From the IMG/VR virus record IMGVR_UViG_3300026549_000040, positions 32,001-96,000 of that record: a stretch of DNA of 64,000 nucleotides; one strand, written 5' to 3'. The stretch comes from a virus (Duplodnaviria > Caudoviricetes). The position numbers and the translations under genes were made by a program. Positions 15,593-25,025 of this stretch are shown one piece after another. Each line of letters starts with the position of its first letter. Position 1 is the stretch's first letter. The notes under the pieces are model-generated. The model was not told the origin of the DNA, did not search any database, and saw only the letters and a list, made by a program, of their open reading frames with translations.

Positions 15593-15638
15593 TAAAAGAT
15601 TGCTAAATTATTTATAGAAAATAATAGCAATCTTTTTT
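15593..15638 (+). promoter_or_regulatory. TGCTAAATTATTTATA putative late promoter inside a terminator-like hairpin
   Basis: 24 nt identical to 31131-31154; AAAAGATTGCTA/TAGCAATCTTTT inverted repeat. Confidence 0.55.
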
Positions 15639-15640
15639 TA

Positions 15641-15961
15641 TTGGGGTTAAATAGAATGATACATAGAGGAACAACTCCTATTATAAGATTTAAATTAGAT
15701 GTAGATACATCTAAGATTTCTAATTTAACTATATTCTTTTCACAAGGTGGTAAAGTAATACTAACTAAGACTTTTGAAGATATAACAATAAAGCCTGAAG
15801 AAAGTTTAGTAGCTACTCCACTAACAAGAGAAGAAACATTACAATTAGAAGCAAATAAAGATCTTCATATGCAGTTAGTTTTAGAATTTAATGATGGAAG
15901 AATTTCTTCAAGTAGATATCTAACGGAATATGTTTATGATATTATGGATGAGGAAACATAA
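15641..15961 (+). CDS. baseplate upper-protein (BppU N-terminal)-like protein
   Basis: RGTTP...Q...LTK...LTREETL pattern; start probably 15656. Confidence 0.55.
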   Translation: MGLNRMIHRGTTPIIRFKLDVDTSKISNLTIFFSQGGKVILTKTFEDITIKPEESLVATPLTREETLQLEANKDLHMQLVLEFNDGRISSSRYLTEYVYDIMDEET

Positions 15962-16380
15962 TGAAAGATAAGTTTGATTCTATATTCAATGTAGATCTTA
16001 ATCATGACTATGATAATATAGAATTAGAAAGTGTAGATAAAAATTTAGAAGCTTATATAGATGTAGATCTTAATCATGACTATGATAATATAGAATTAGA
16101 AAGTGTAGATAAAAATTTAGAAGCTTATATAGATGTAGATCTTAATCATGACTATGATAATATAGAATTAGAAAGTGTAGATAAAAATTTAGAAGCTTAT
16201 ATAGATGTAGATGCAGATTTTATAACATCTACAGATACTTATGTAAGTTTATCTAAAGACTATAACGATTTATATAATAAACCTTCTATTAATGGAATAA
16301 CATTAATTGGAGATAAATCGTTACAGGAATTATTAGATATAGAAGCAATTGATTGTGGTACAAGTACGACAGTAATATAA
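15961..16380 (+). CDS. tail-associated protein with 3x 24-aa repeat
   Basis: DYNDLYNKPSINGITLIGDKS fibre motif. Confidence 0.6.
   Translation: MKDKFDSIFNVDLNHDYDNIELESVDKNLEAYIDVDLNHDYDNIELESVDKNLEAYIDVDLNHDYDNIELESVDKNLEAYIDVDADFITSTDTYVSLSKDYNDLYNKPSINGITLIGDKSLQELLDIEAIDCGTSTTVI
15991..16206 (+). repeat. perfect 72-bp tandem repeat x3
   Basis: units start at 15991, 16063 and 16135. Confidence 0.95.
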
Positions 16381-16381
16381 A

Positions 16382-16762
16382 ATGCCTAAATTAAATACTA
16401 GAATACAACTAAAAAGAGATACAACAGAACATTGGGATAATGCTATAGGATTTATTCCATTACCTGGGGAAGTCATAGTATATACAGATTTTGATGAAAT
16501 AGAATATACAGATGAAACAGGTACAATAAAAACAAAACAAATTCCAAATATTAAAGTAGGTACAGGAAATGCGTATGTACAAGATCTAGCTTTTGTTGAT
16601 GAGAAAACTAGAGATTTATTATTACAGCATATATATGATCTAGATCTTCATACTACGATCAATGAAAAATTGTTTTGGAATAATAAGTTGAATGTTGATG
16701 ATGCTGAAGAACAAATTACAGGAGAATTAGAAGAAGAAACATTAATTCTAAATAGGAATTAA
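16382..16762 (+). CDS. tail fibre-associated protein (hyaluronidase N-terminal-like)
   Basis: RIQLKRDT..W...GEVIVY...IKVGTG...DLAF. Confidence 0.65.
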   Translation: MPKLNTRIQLKRDTTEHWDNAIGFIPLPGEVIVYTDFDEIEYTDETGTIKTKQIPNIKVGTGNAYVQDLAFVDEKTRDLLLQHIYDLDLHTTINEKLFWNNKLNVDDAEEQITGELEEETLILNRN

Positions 16763-16778
16763 TTTAAGGATTTTATGA

Positions 16779-18080
16779 ATGGCAGAAATTAGTAAAATTA
16801 TTTTACCTTCTGGTAATACTTATGATATAAAGGACGCTACTGCTCGTGAGATGATTTCTGGTGGTGTTTCTTTTATTATTGCTTGGGATGGAACTGGCAC
16901 TCCAGTAGCAGCAGATATTCCAAAAGGAGTTAAAGCAGGAAGTGTAACAGGTACTTTAGAAGCAGCTGATGCTCAAGCTGGAGCTTTTTATTTAATTAAA
17001 TCTTCAAGTACTCCAAGCTCGGAAACTTTAGATATATATGATGAATATGTAGTAGTAGGTAGTACTACTAAGAGCTGGGAAAAACTTGGAGATACTCAAT
17101 TAAATTTATCTGATGTTGTAACAAATGTTAGTTTAACTAAACAAACTGACGTTGTTTTAGGAGAAGCAACTACTTTCACGAATGCTTCTTCATCAGTTAC
17201 TTTTACTGGTGGAACTACAGATAAAGTACTTGGTGAAGCTACAACTTTTTCTGTAAATAAACCAACTATTACAGTAACTCCATCAACTACAAATATAAAA
17301 GCCACTGCAAGTGGGACAGCAGTTGGAGCGAATGGTACAGCAAAAGCAATTACTGGATTTGGTACTCATACAACAGATACATTTGTAAAATCTGTTACTG
17401 CTGAAACTGGGAAGAATTTAGTTACAACTACGGTACCAAATGTTACAGGAAATACTTCTGTTTCTATTCCAAATGTAACTGGAAATACAAATGTTACAAT
17501 TCCAAATGTAACAAGTGCAGGAACTGCTTCTACATGGAATTTTGCAATGGGGAGTGGAAATGCTGCAGAAACATTAATTATTAGTGGAGCTAATTCAACT
17601 GCACCAACTTTAGGCACATCTTTAAGTGCTTCAAAAGTAACACTTGGAACTGCACTTACTGCAACAAATACAACACTTGGTACAGCAAAAACTGTAGCTA
17701 CTGGAGCTACATCAACTACTGGTACCGGTGATGCAGTTGTTACTGGAGTTACTGTTGGTGATTCAGCTGCCGCTATCACAGCTCTTGGAACTCCTACTAC
17801 AGCAGATGCATTAACAGGAGTTAAAGTTACTTCACAACCTACAGTTGCACTTGCTACCGGAGCTACGGCTGGTACTGGAGTAGTAAGCGTGGCAACCGGA
17901 ATTAGTTCTGCTACTGCTGGAGATCAAACAGTTACAGTCGGAACAAATGATAAAGTTACAGCAGTTACTGGTATTGGTACAGGTACTGCAGCAGCACAGA
18001 CAATTACTGTCGGAACTAATGATAAGGTTACTGTACTTAAGAATACAACAGATGTAAGTGTAACAAAAGGTAACGAATAA
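16779..18080 (+). CDS. Thr/Ala/Gly-rich tail fibre protein
   Basis: YDIKDATAR N-terminus, YDEYV...WEKLG motif, low-complexity repeats. Confidence 0.7.
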   Translation: MAEISKIILPSGNTYDIKDATAREMISGGVSFIIAWDGTGTPVAADIPKGVKAGSVTGTLEAADAQAGAFYLIKSSSTPSSETLDIYDEYVVVGSTTKSWEKLGDTQLNLSDVVTNVSLTKQTDVVLGEATTFTNASSSVTFTGGTTDKVLGEATTFSVNKPTITVTPSTTNIKATASGTAVGANGTAKAITGFGTHTTDTFVKSVTAETGKNLVTTTVPNVTGNTSVSIPNVTGNTNVTIPNVTSAGTASTWNFAMGSGNAAETLIISGANSTAPTLGTSLSASKVTLGTALTATNTTLGTAKTVATGATSTTGTGDAVVTGVTVGDSAAAITALGTPTTADALTGVKVTSQPTVALATGATAGTGVVSVATGISSATAGDQTVTVGTNDKVTAVTGIGTGTAAAQTITVGTNDKVTVLKNTTDVSVTKGNE

Positions 18081-18095
18081 TAGGAGGTGATTTAA

Positions 18096-20957
18096 ATGGC
18101 TAATATAAGTGCTATTAAATTACCTAATAATACAACTTATAATCTTGTTGATAATACTAGTGGGTATACGAAAAATACAGGTACAATCACTAGTGTAAAA
18201 ACAACCGCAGGGACACATTCTGTGATTAATGTGACAAGTGGGGCAGCTAATTTTAATGTACCAACAAAAACAAGTCATTTAACAAATGATAGTGGATTTT
18301 TAACATCTCATCAGACTTTATATGAAGCTAATTTAAATTGGGGTAATACAGGTATTTCTGGTAATGTTACTCCTATGGGAGCTAGTTTATCTTCAGAACA
18401 TAGTGCAAATCGTATAGCATATTTAAATCCAGCAGCAATTCAAATTGAATACACAACAAACGGTGGATCTTCTTGGACTGATAGTGGATATAGTGGTACA
18501 GAGAAAACTTGGTTATGTACTGGTAGCCAAAATATTGCGGTTGGACAGTCAAAAAGTGGCTATTCACAATCTACTGCATTAACAACTAATCATTGGACTA
18601 GAATTACCTTAACTGGTCAAAATGGTACTAATACGTATGTTTATACTGCTCCTAGAAAATTATTAGTAAATATGTCTACGGCTGTAGGGGTAGAATGCTT
18701 AGTTGAGTATAAAACAGGAGCTTCTGGAGCTAGTTGGCAAACCTTTGGAACTTACACCGTATCTGGCTGGAGTGGCTGGAATGATATTCCTTTAGTATTA
18801 AGTACTTTTGGTGGGGGTACAACTCAAACCACTAATTATTGGTATTTACGCTTTACTTTTAAAGTTACATCAACAAGAACTGATAGTTATAAAGGTATGT
18901 CCTTTGTAAATGGTTTAAGATTATTTGGTTCAAATGATTGGACATCTGCGTCTTCTGCTAATGGTAAAGGCCCATTTTCATCCACAGGTCATTTATATAG
19001 TTATGATGTAGGAGCTAATGCAACTTTTCCAGCAAAAGTTACAGCTACAGGCGGTTTTAGTGGTAATGTAACTGGTACTGCAACTGGAAATCTTACAAGT
19101 GTTCAATATGATTCAACTAACGCAAAATTAACATATACCAAAAATGGTTCAAATACAGATATTGTAACGGTGGCTACCTTAAAATCTGCATTAGGTTCAA
19201 TGCCAGCTTCTGACGTATATAGTTGGGCAAAAGCTTCAACAAAACCAACCTATACAGCAAGTGAAGTTGGGGCATTACCAAGTACAGCAAGTATTCCAAC
19301 AAAAACCAGTGATCTTACAAACGATAGCGGTTTTATAACTACTGATACTAATACATGGAGAGCAATACAAGTAAATGGTACTCAGATATTAGCTGGTACA
19401 ACAGGTACAAATGCTCTTAATTTAAAAGCTGGAACAAATGTTTCTGTTACAAATTCTAGTGGTACTGTTACTATTGCAGCTACAGACACAACTTATTCAA
19501 GTAAAACTGCAGCAAGTGGTGGTACAGATGTATCATTAGTCACAACAGGTGAAAAATATACTTGGAATAATAAGAGTAATTTAGCTTTAGGTGAAACTTC
19601 TTCTGCTGCTTATAGAGGAGATAGGGGTAAAACTGCATATGATCATAGTCAGAGTACACATGCTAGAACTGATGCAACTGCAGTTACTTCAAGTACTACA
19701 AATGGAAAGATTAAAATAAATGGTACTGAAACAACTGTTTATACTCATCCAGGTTCTGGAACTAATCCTCATGGAACAACAAAATCAGATGTTGGTTTAG
19801 GAAATGTTGGTAATTTTAAGGCAGTTTCTACAGTAGCGAGTCAAGGACTTTCTACTACAGAACAGTCTAATGCTAGAGCTAATATAGGTGCAGGAACAAG
19901 CTCGTTAACTATAGGTACTTCTGGAACTACAGCAGCTGCTGGAAATCATACACATACTACTTCTTTAGCAACAGATACAGGAACTTCCACTGTTACATTA
20001 GCTAGTGCTACTAAATATAAATTAACTGCTGGTGGTAATTCTGTAATATTTGCCATGCCAACTATATCAGACACTAATGTTACTCAAAATTATTCTACTA
20101 CAGATGCAGAATATCCTTTATTGTTCAGCTCTGTTGCTGGAATTAGCTCTACTTCAACTAGAGGAGCAGTTACTGCTTCAGTAAATAATGAATTACATTA
20201 TAATCCACGTCATGGAATTCTTCAAATAAACGGTTTTAATGATTATCAAGGAAATTATTTTTCATTTGGGGAATTTACAATAAATAATTATGGTACTGAA
20301 TTAGGGTTTGTAGGCTATAGTAGTACGGATCATCATGATGCTTATGGATTAAAATTAGGTTCTGATTATGCTTCATTATTTTATACTAATGAAGATGGTG
20401 ATGAAACTTCTATCTCTGTAGGTCCTTCATACATAGATATGACTTGCAATAATAGTGGGATCATAACTATTGGAAGCGATAGTGATGTAGGAGTTGAAAT
20501 TCCTCACTTGTTAACCACAGCAACCGATACAAGAATTGGGGGTGCTAGGTCTTGGAAACACCATACCACAACATCAATAGGGCCCACCCCAGTACAAGTA
20601 AGTTCTAAGACTACTGTTAATTCTTTTTCTACAACATCAGGAAGATATTATGGTATTGAATCAGATCTTGATGGTAGACTATTTGTCAACGTACCATGGA
20701 CAGATACTGATACAAAAGTAACGGTAGCAGAAAATACAAAAACCACTAAATATTATCCTATACTGGCTACAGGTACAGGTACTGCTACAAGACAAATAGA
20801 TACAAATGATAAATTAAATTCAGAAACAGCTTCTGGTTTATATTATCAAAATGCTATATTAGGTACTCCAGGATTAAATGTAGGAGATATTGATTATACA
20901 ATTACAAATGATGAATATTCAGGATTATACGAGACAATTAATGCTTTAATAGGTTAA
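18096..20957 (+). CDS. long tail fibre protein
   Basis: PTKTSDLTNDSGF, KPTYTASEVGALP and NPHGTTKSDVGLGNV fibre motifs. Confidence 0.8.
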   Translation: MANISAIKLPNNTTYNLVDNTSGYTKNTGTITSVKTTAGTHSVINVTSGAANFNVPTKTSHLTNDSGFLTSHQTLYEANLNWGNTGISGNVTPMGASLSSEHSANRIAYLNPAAIQIEYTTNGGSSWTDSGYSGTEKTWLCTGSQNIAVGQSKSGYSQSTALTTNHWTRITLTGQNGTNTYVYTAPRKLLVNMSTAVGVECLVEYKTGASGASWQTFGTYTVSGWSGWNDIPLVLSTFGGGTTQTTNYWYLRFTFKVTSTRTDSYKGMSFVNGLRLFGSNDWTSASSANGKGPFSSTGHLYSYDVGANATFPAKVTATGGFSGNVTGTATGNLTSVQYDSTNAKLTYTKNGSNTDIVTVATLKSALGSMPASDVYSWAKASTKPTYTASEVGALPSTASIPTKTSDLTNDSGFITTDTNTWRAIQVNGTQILAGTTGTNALNLKAGTNVSVTNSSGTVTIAATDTTYSSKTAASGGTDVSLVTTGEKYTWNNKSNLALGETSSAAYRGDRGKTAYDHSQSTHARTDATAVTSSTTNGKIKINGTETTVYTHPGSGTNPHGTTKSDVGLGNVGNFKAVSTVASQGLSTTEQSNARANIGAGTSSLTIGTSGTTAAAGNHTHTTSLATDTGTSTVTLASATKYKLTAGGNSVIFAMPTISDTNVTQNYSTTDAEYPLLFSSVAGISSTSTRGAVTASVNNELHYNPRHGILQINGFNDYQGNYFSFGEFTINNYGTELGFVGYSSTDHHDAYGLKLGSDYASLFYTNEDGDETSISVGPSYIDMTCNNSGIITIGSDSDVGVEIPHLLTTATDTRIGGARSWKHHTTTSIGPTPVQVSSKTTVNSFSTTSGRYYGIESDLDGRLFVNVPWTDTDTKVTVAENTKTTKYYPILATGTGTATRQIDTNDKLNSETASGLYYQNAILGTPGLNVGDIDYTITNDEYSGLYETINALIG

Positions 20958-20964
20958 CTAAAAG

Positions 20965-21528
20965 ATGGCTACAAAAACATTATATCAAATTTTAAATAAA
21001 ATAACTAGTATATTAGAAGCAAAAATTTCTAAAGCAGATTATTATTTAGCTATGTGTGAAAGAGTTTATACTCCTTCTGATTATGACTGTGTTTCTAATT
21101 TTCCTGGAGTGACCATATCTGCTAAAAATTTGACGTTATCAGGTAATATGCTTTTTCTTTATTTAAACGTAACAATGACAAGTGCAGCTCAAACTAACTT
21201 AGGTACGGGTAATGTAAAAAATAATTGTATTGCTACTTTTACTATTAATGATTTTTATGGTCCTAGTATCACTGATCCTTTTAATAATTCTGATAGAATT
21301 AAGCGTATAGCTGGAATTTATAACAGAATAGATGGTTTGAGTGGCTATTCTGCTGGAACAGCTTCTGTAGCTACATTTGATATACAATCTACGTTCTCTA
21401 TTCTTTCAGGAGTTGTGACTATTAAAGTATATACTGCTGCTATACAAGCTAAAACATCTAATTTTCGAATTAAAGCACTGATACCAGTTAGAAGAATGAG
21501 ATGGAATCCTGATGGAGGGACAGTATAA
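20965..21528 (+). CDS. fibre tip / receptor-binding-like protein 1
   Basis: beta-rich; LYQILNKI N-terminal motif shared with the next two ORFs. Confidence 0.5.
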   Translation: MATKTLYQILNKITSILEAKISKADYYLAMCERVYTPSDYDCVSNFPGVTISAKNLTLSGNMLFLYLNVTMTSAAQTNLGTGNVKNNCIATFTINDFYGPSITDPFNNSDRIKRIAGIYNRIDGLSGYSAGTASVATFDIQSTFSILSGVVTIKVYTAAIQAKTSNFRIKALIPVRRMRWNPDGGTV

Positions 21529-21984
21529 ATGAGGTTATATGAATTATTAGATAATATACTATTTTTATTAAGTTGGAAAATATTAGATATATTAACAGAG
21601 CGCTTTATAGTAGGTGATGCAACTATGAATAGTCAAACAGTAGCTTCAGGATTTACAAAGTCAGAAAATTCTAATATTACACTATATGGAAATGTTTTAG
21701 TGGGTTATCATTTTTTGAATAAAAACTCTAATTGGGGTACTGGTAATATTACTAATACACTTGTTAATACAATAACATATACTTTACCTCATGCAGCTTA
21801 TCAATATGCGTCGGCTGGTGGCTCTGGTGCTACAGGATCATTAAAATTACAAAGATACCCGAGTATTGATATAGGTTCAGACTATGTAGGCAAAATTAAC
21901 TATTATGTAGATGCAGTCTATTCTGCAGATGCTTATGCACAAGCAAGATCTAAAAACTATATTCGATATGAATCTTTAATGTAA
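21529..21984 (+). CDS. fibre tip / receptor-binding-like protein 2
   Basis: MRLYELLDNI; GTGN[I/V]xN shared with the previous ORF. Confidence 0.5.
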   Translation: MRLYELLDNILFLLSWKILDILTERFIVGDATMNSQTVASGFTKSENSNITLYGNVLVGYHFLNKNSNWGTGNITNTLVNTITYTLPHAAYQYASAGGSGATGSLKLQRYPSIDIGSDYVGKINYYVDAVYSADAYAQARSKNYIRYESLM

Positions 21985-22001
21985 AGAGAGATATATAACT
22001 A

Positions 22002-22760
22002 ATGAGACTGTATACTATAATTAAAGGTATAGTAACTTCAACTAAGATGTATTATAACAAAATGAAAGCACTAGATGATTATTGGGCTACAAAACACACA
22101 TTTACGGTTACTGCAACTGCACAAAGTGGATTTTCTAATGTTTCTATGAGTGCTCATACTATTGGAAATGCTTTTAGTTTTGATATATCATTTAACGTAA
22201 CTTCTGCATTATCCACAAATACATACCCAAAGAAAAAAATATGTACTTTTGTTTTGCATGATGATAATCATATTCTTAATCATACAGTTGTTCCAGGAAT
22301 TGAAAATTCTACTCTGTACTCGACAGGTGGTTTAACTACTATTGCTACAACAGATCTTGTTTGGAATGCTACAGCAAGAACACTTTCTGGGAATGTGTGG
22401 CTTTGTGGTGTAGCTGCGGGTGCACTGTCTACAGGTACTACATATACCAGTTATCCTTATGGTATAGCAGGTAGAACTATGGGTGAGTTTAGTTTATCAA
22501 CTATTGATACAGTTCCAAGTCTTACAGTTGATTTTAAATACTTACATGGTTATACTTGGGAAGAGTTTGTAAATAGTAATTATAATACAGATAATTGTTT
22601 TAGTATTGATTCAAATAATTATATTAGATATACAGGTAGTGAATCAGAATTTAAATATTTTATTTGTTCACCTATTCCACGCGAAAACAATGGAAATCAA
22701 TATAGACGTATAGTGACTACAACTGATTATATAAAGTCTACAGAATATATAATTTACTAG
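22002..22760 (+). CDS. fibre tip / receptor-binding-like protein 3
   Basis: MRLYTIIKGI; beta-rich. Confidence 0.5.
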   Translation: MRLYTIIKGIVTSTKMYYNKMKALDDYWATKHTFTVTATAQSGFSNVSMSAHTIGNAFSFDISFNVTSALSTNTYPKKKICTFVLHDDNHILNHTVVPGIENSTLYSTGGLTTIATTDLVWNATARTLSGNVWLCGVAAGALSTGTTYTSYPYGIAGRTMGEFSLSTIDTVPSLTVDFKYLHGYTWEEFVNSNYNTDNCFSIDSNNYIRYTGSESEFKYFICSPIPRENNGNQYRRIVTTTDYIKSTEYIIY

Positions 22761-22783
22761 AGAAAGTATGTGAAAGGAATAAA

Positions 22784-23119
22784 ATGAAAAAAGAAACATT
22801 AATTACTTCTATTGCTTCCATAATAGCATTTATATTAGTAGTTATTAAAATGCTAACTGGTGTTGATTTTAATATTGGAGCTGATGTGATTACAGCTATA
22901 GCAACTTTAATAGCTGCTGGTATTATGTGGTTTATATCTCATTATTATAACCAAGATTATTCTAAGGTTGCTCAAATATTAACACCAATTATGAGATACA
23001 TTAAGAAATTGGCAGAAGAGGGTGATTTAAGACTTCTTGATGAAATTCAAAATTTAGTATATACTTATCAAATGAATGAAGGTCAGGAAGAATCAGAAGA
23101 GGAAGAAAATGACAATTAA
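22784..23119 (+). CDS. holin
   Basis: two TM helices, YYNQDYSK motif, immediately before lysin. Confidence 0.7.
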   Translation: MKKETLITSIASIIAFILVVIKMLTGVDFNIGADVITAIATLIAAGIMWFISHYYNQDYSKVAQILTPIMRYIKKLAEEGDLRLLDEIQNLVYTYQMNEGQEESEEEENDN

Positions 23120-24725
23120 TGCAATTAATATAATTCCTATAAAGACAGATTATTGTCCTACTATGGGTGATTATGCCATAAAGAAAAAGATGAATGTTTC
23201 CTGGGCTAAGAAAAAGAAAGGAGACATTGTTCTTTTTGATTTTAATGGAAATGGCACATCTGATCATATAGGTATTGTTAAGAGTATAAATAAAGACGGA
23301 TCAATAACAACTATTGAGGGAAATACTGGCGCTGGAAATAATGCTAATGGTGGACAGGTACAAAGAAGAATCAGATATAAATATCAAGTTAATTTCTTTG
23401 TGAGACCTAAATATACAAAAGAGATAACTGCTGAAAAATTAATTGCTACTGCTGAATCTCAACTTGGTGTTAAAGAGAGTCCAAGAAATTCAAATAAAGT
23501 AGAATATAATAGATGGTTTTATGGCAGTAATAAATCAGCATATTGGTGTTGTACTTTTGTATGCTGGTGCTTTGCTCATATAGGTGCTACTAAACCAGCT
23601 AAGAAAACAATTCCAACGGTTAAGAAGCCAACTGGAAAATATAGTGGTACTATTCCAACTGGATTATTAAAGATTGGGTCAAGAGGTACTAAAGTTAAAC
23701 AGTTACAGAATTTCTTAACTTGGTATGGAATAAAACTTAATGCAGATGGTGAATTTGGTAGTAATACTCAAAACGCCGTTAAAGTATTTCAAAAGACAGA
23801 GGGATTGACAGCAGATGGCGAGTATGGTGATAAGTCTTATAGAAAGGCTCTTTTATATAAAGCTAGTAGTAAGACATCAAATACTACAACTAAAACTACG
23901 AAAGAAACAACAAACTCTAAAAAACCTGGAACAACGAACACAGGAGATACTAAGAAAGTATTAAAAGCTTATAGTGGAACATTTCCTACTTTAAATAACA
24001 ATCAAAAAATAATAAATGGATTAGCTTTTAGATTATGTTATCCATACGGAACTTCTAAGAAAAAATATACTTTTAAGAATGGCTCTCCTACAAAAGCATA
24101 TAAAGATGCTATTAATAAAGTTTTTCCTAATCATAATTCATGGTCTAATAAGAAACAAAAAGTAGGTGCTTGCTGTGATATTTTAACAGCAGTTGAATTA
24201 GGATTAGTTGGTATAAAGGTAAAAAAAGATTTAAAAGATCAATTAGTAGATATGCCTAAAATGACTAAACAATTAAAGTCTACTGGCTATTATAAAGCGT
24301 CGGACTTTAAAGGTGGTCAAATAGTACAAAGGGGTAGAAAAGATAAATCTGGACATACCTATACTATATGTGAACTTATTAATGGTAAAAGATACATAGC
24401 TAACTCACATTATAAAAAATTAGGTGGTACTTATGCTGTTATGGATTCTGTAGTTAAAACAGAATCTCCTAAGAAATGGAAGTATTATAAATGTTATACT
24501 CCATTAGGTGCAAGCAGAACATACTATAAGACAGGTGATTATGGTTATGATGTAGTATTTATACAGAAATTCTTAAATTGGTATGGTTATACTGTATCAG
24601 TTGATGGAGATTATGGAGAAAAAACATCAAAGGCAATTTCTAAATTTCAAACAGCGGTTGGGCTTAAAGCTTCTGGCAGATGTGGAAAAGATACTATTGC
24701 TAAGATGAAAGTGGTTAAAAAATAA
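23109..24725 (+). CDS. endolysin: circularly permuted CHAP, PG-binding domains and a second Cys/His domain
   Basis: GDIVLF..DHIGIV..TIEGNT precedes YWCCTFV; DGEFG/DGDYG PG-binding repeats; start revised to 23109. Confidence 0.8.
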   Translation: MTINAINIIPIKTDYCPTMGDYAIKKKMNVSWAKKKKGDIVLFDFNGNGTSDHIGIVKSINKDGSITTIEGNTGAGNNANGGQVQRRIRYKYQVNFFVRPKYTKEITAEKLIATAESQLGVKESPRNSNKVEYNRWFYGSNKSAYWCCTFVCWCFAHIGATKPAKKTIPTVKKPTGKYSGTIPTGLLKIGSRGTKVKQLQNFLTWYGIKLNADGEFGSNTQNAVKVFQKTEGLTADGEYGDKSYRKALLYKASSKTSNTTTKTTKETTNSKKPGTTNTGDTKKVLKAYSGTFPTLNNNQKIINGLAFRLCYPYGTSKKKYTFKNGSPTKAYKDAINKVFPNHNSWSNKKQKVGACCDILTAVELGLVGIKVKKDLKDQLVDMPKMTKQLKSTGYYKASDFKGGQIVQRGRKDKSGHTYTICELINGKRYIANSHYKKLGGTYAVMDSVVKTESPKKWKYYKCYTPLGASRTYYKTGDYGYDVVFIQKFLNWYGYTVSVDGDYGEKTSKAISKFQTAVGLKASGRCGKDTIAKMKVVKK

Positions 24726-24774
24726 TGAGTTATATGAAGAGGCGTTTAAATTACAACATAGATAGGATAAGCTA

Positions 24775-25020
24775 ATGACTGAAAGTATAATAGTAGCAAT
24801 AATTGCTGGTGGTGCTGCCATAGGAAGTAATGTAATAATTGCATCAGCTAATAACAGTAAAACAATTTATCGTATTGATCAACTTGAAAAGAAAGTAGAA
24901 AAACATAACAATCTCGTAGAAAGAATGTATGAAGTTGAAAAACAAAATAAGATTCTTGAAAAAGAGATTGAAGATACAAGTGATAAAATTGATGATTTAA
25001 AACATAAAATAAGGGAATAA
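24775..25020 (+). CDS. holin/XhlA-like small membrane protein
   Basis: N-terminal TM, YRIDQLEKKVEKHNNLVERMY. Confidence 0.65.
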   Translation: MTESIIVAIIAGGAAIGSNVIIASANNSKTIYRIDQLEKKVEKHNNLVERMYEVEKQNKILEKEIEDTSDKIDDLKHKIRE

Positions 25021-25025
25021 TTATA

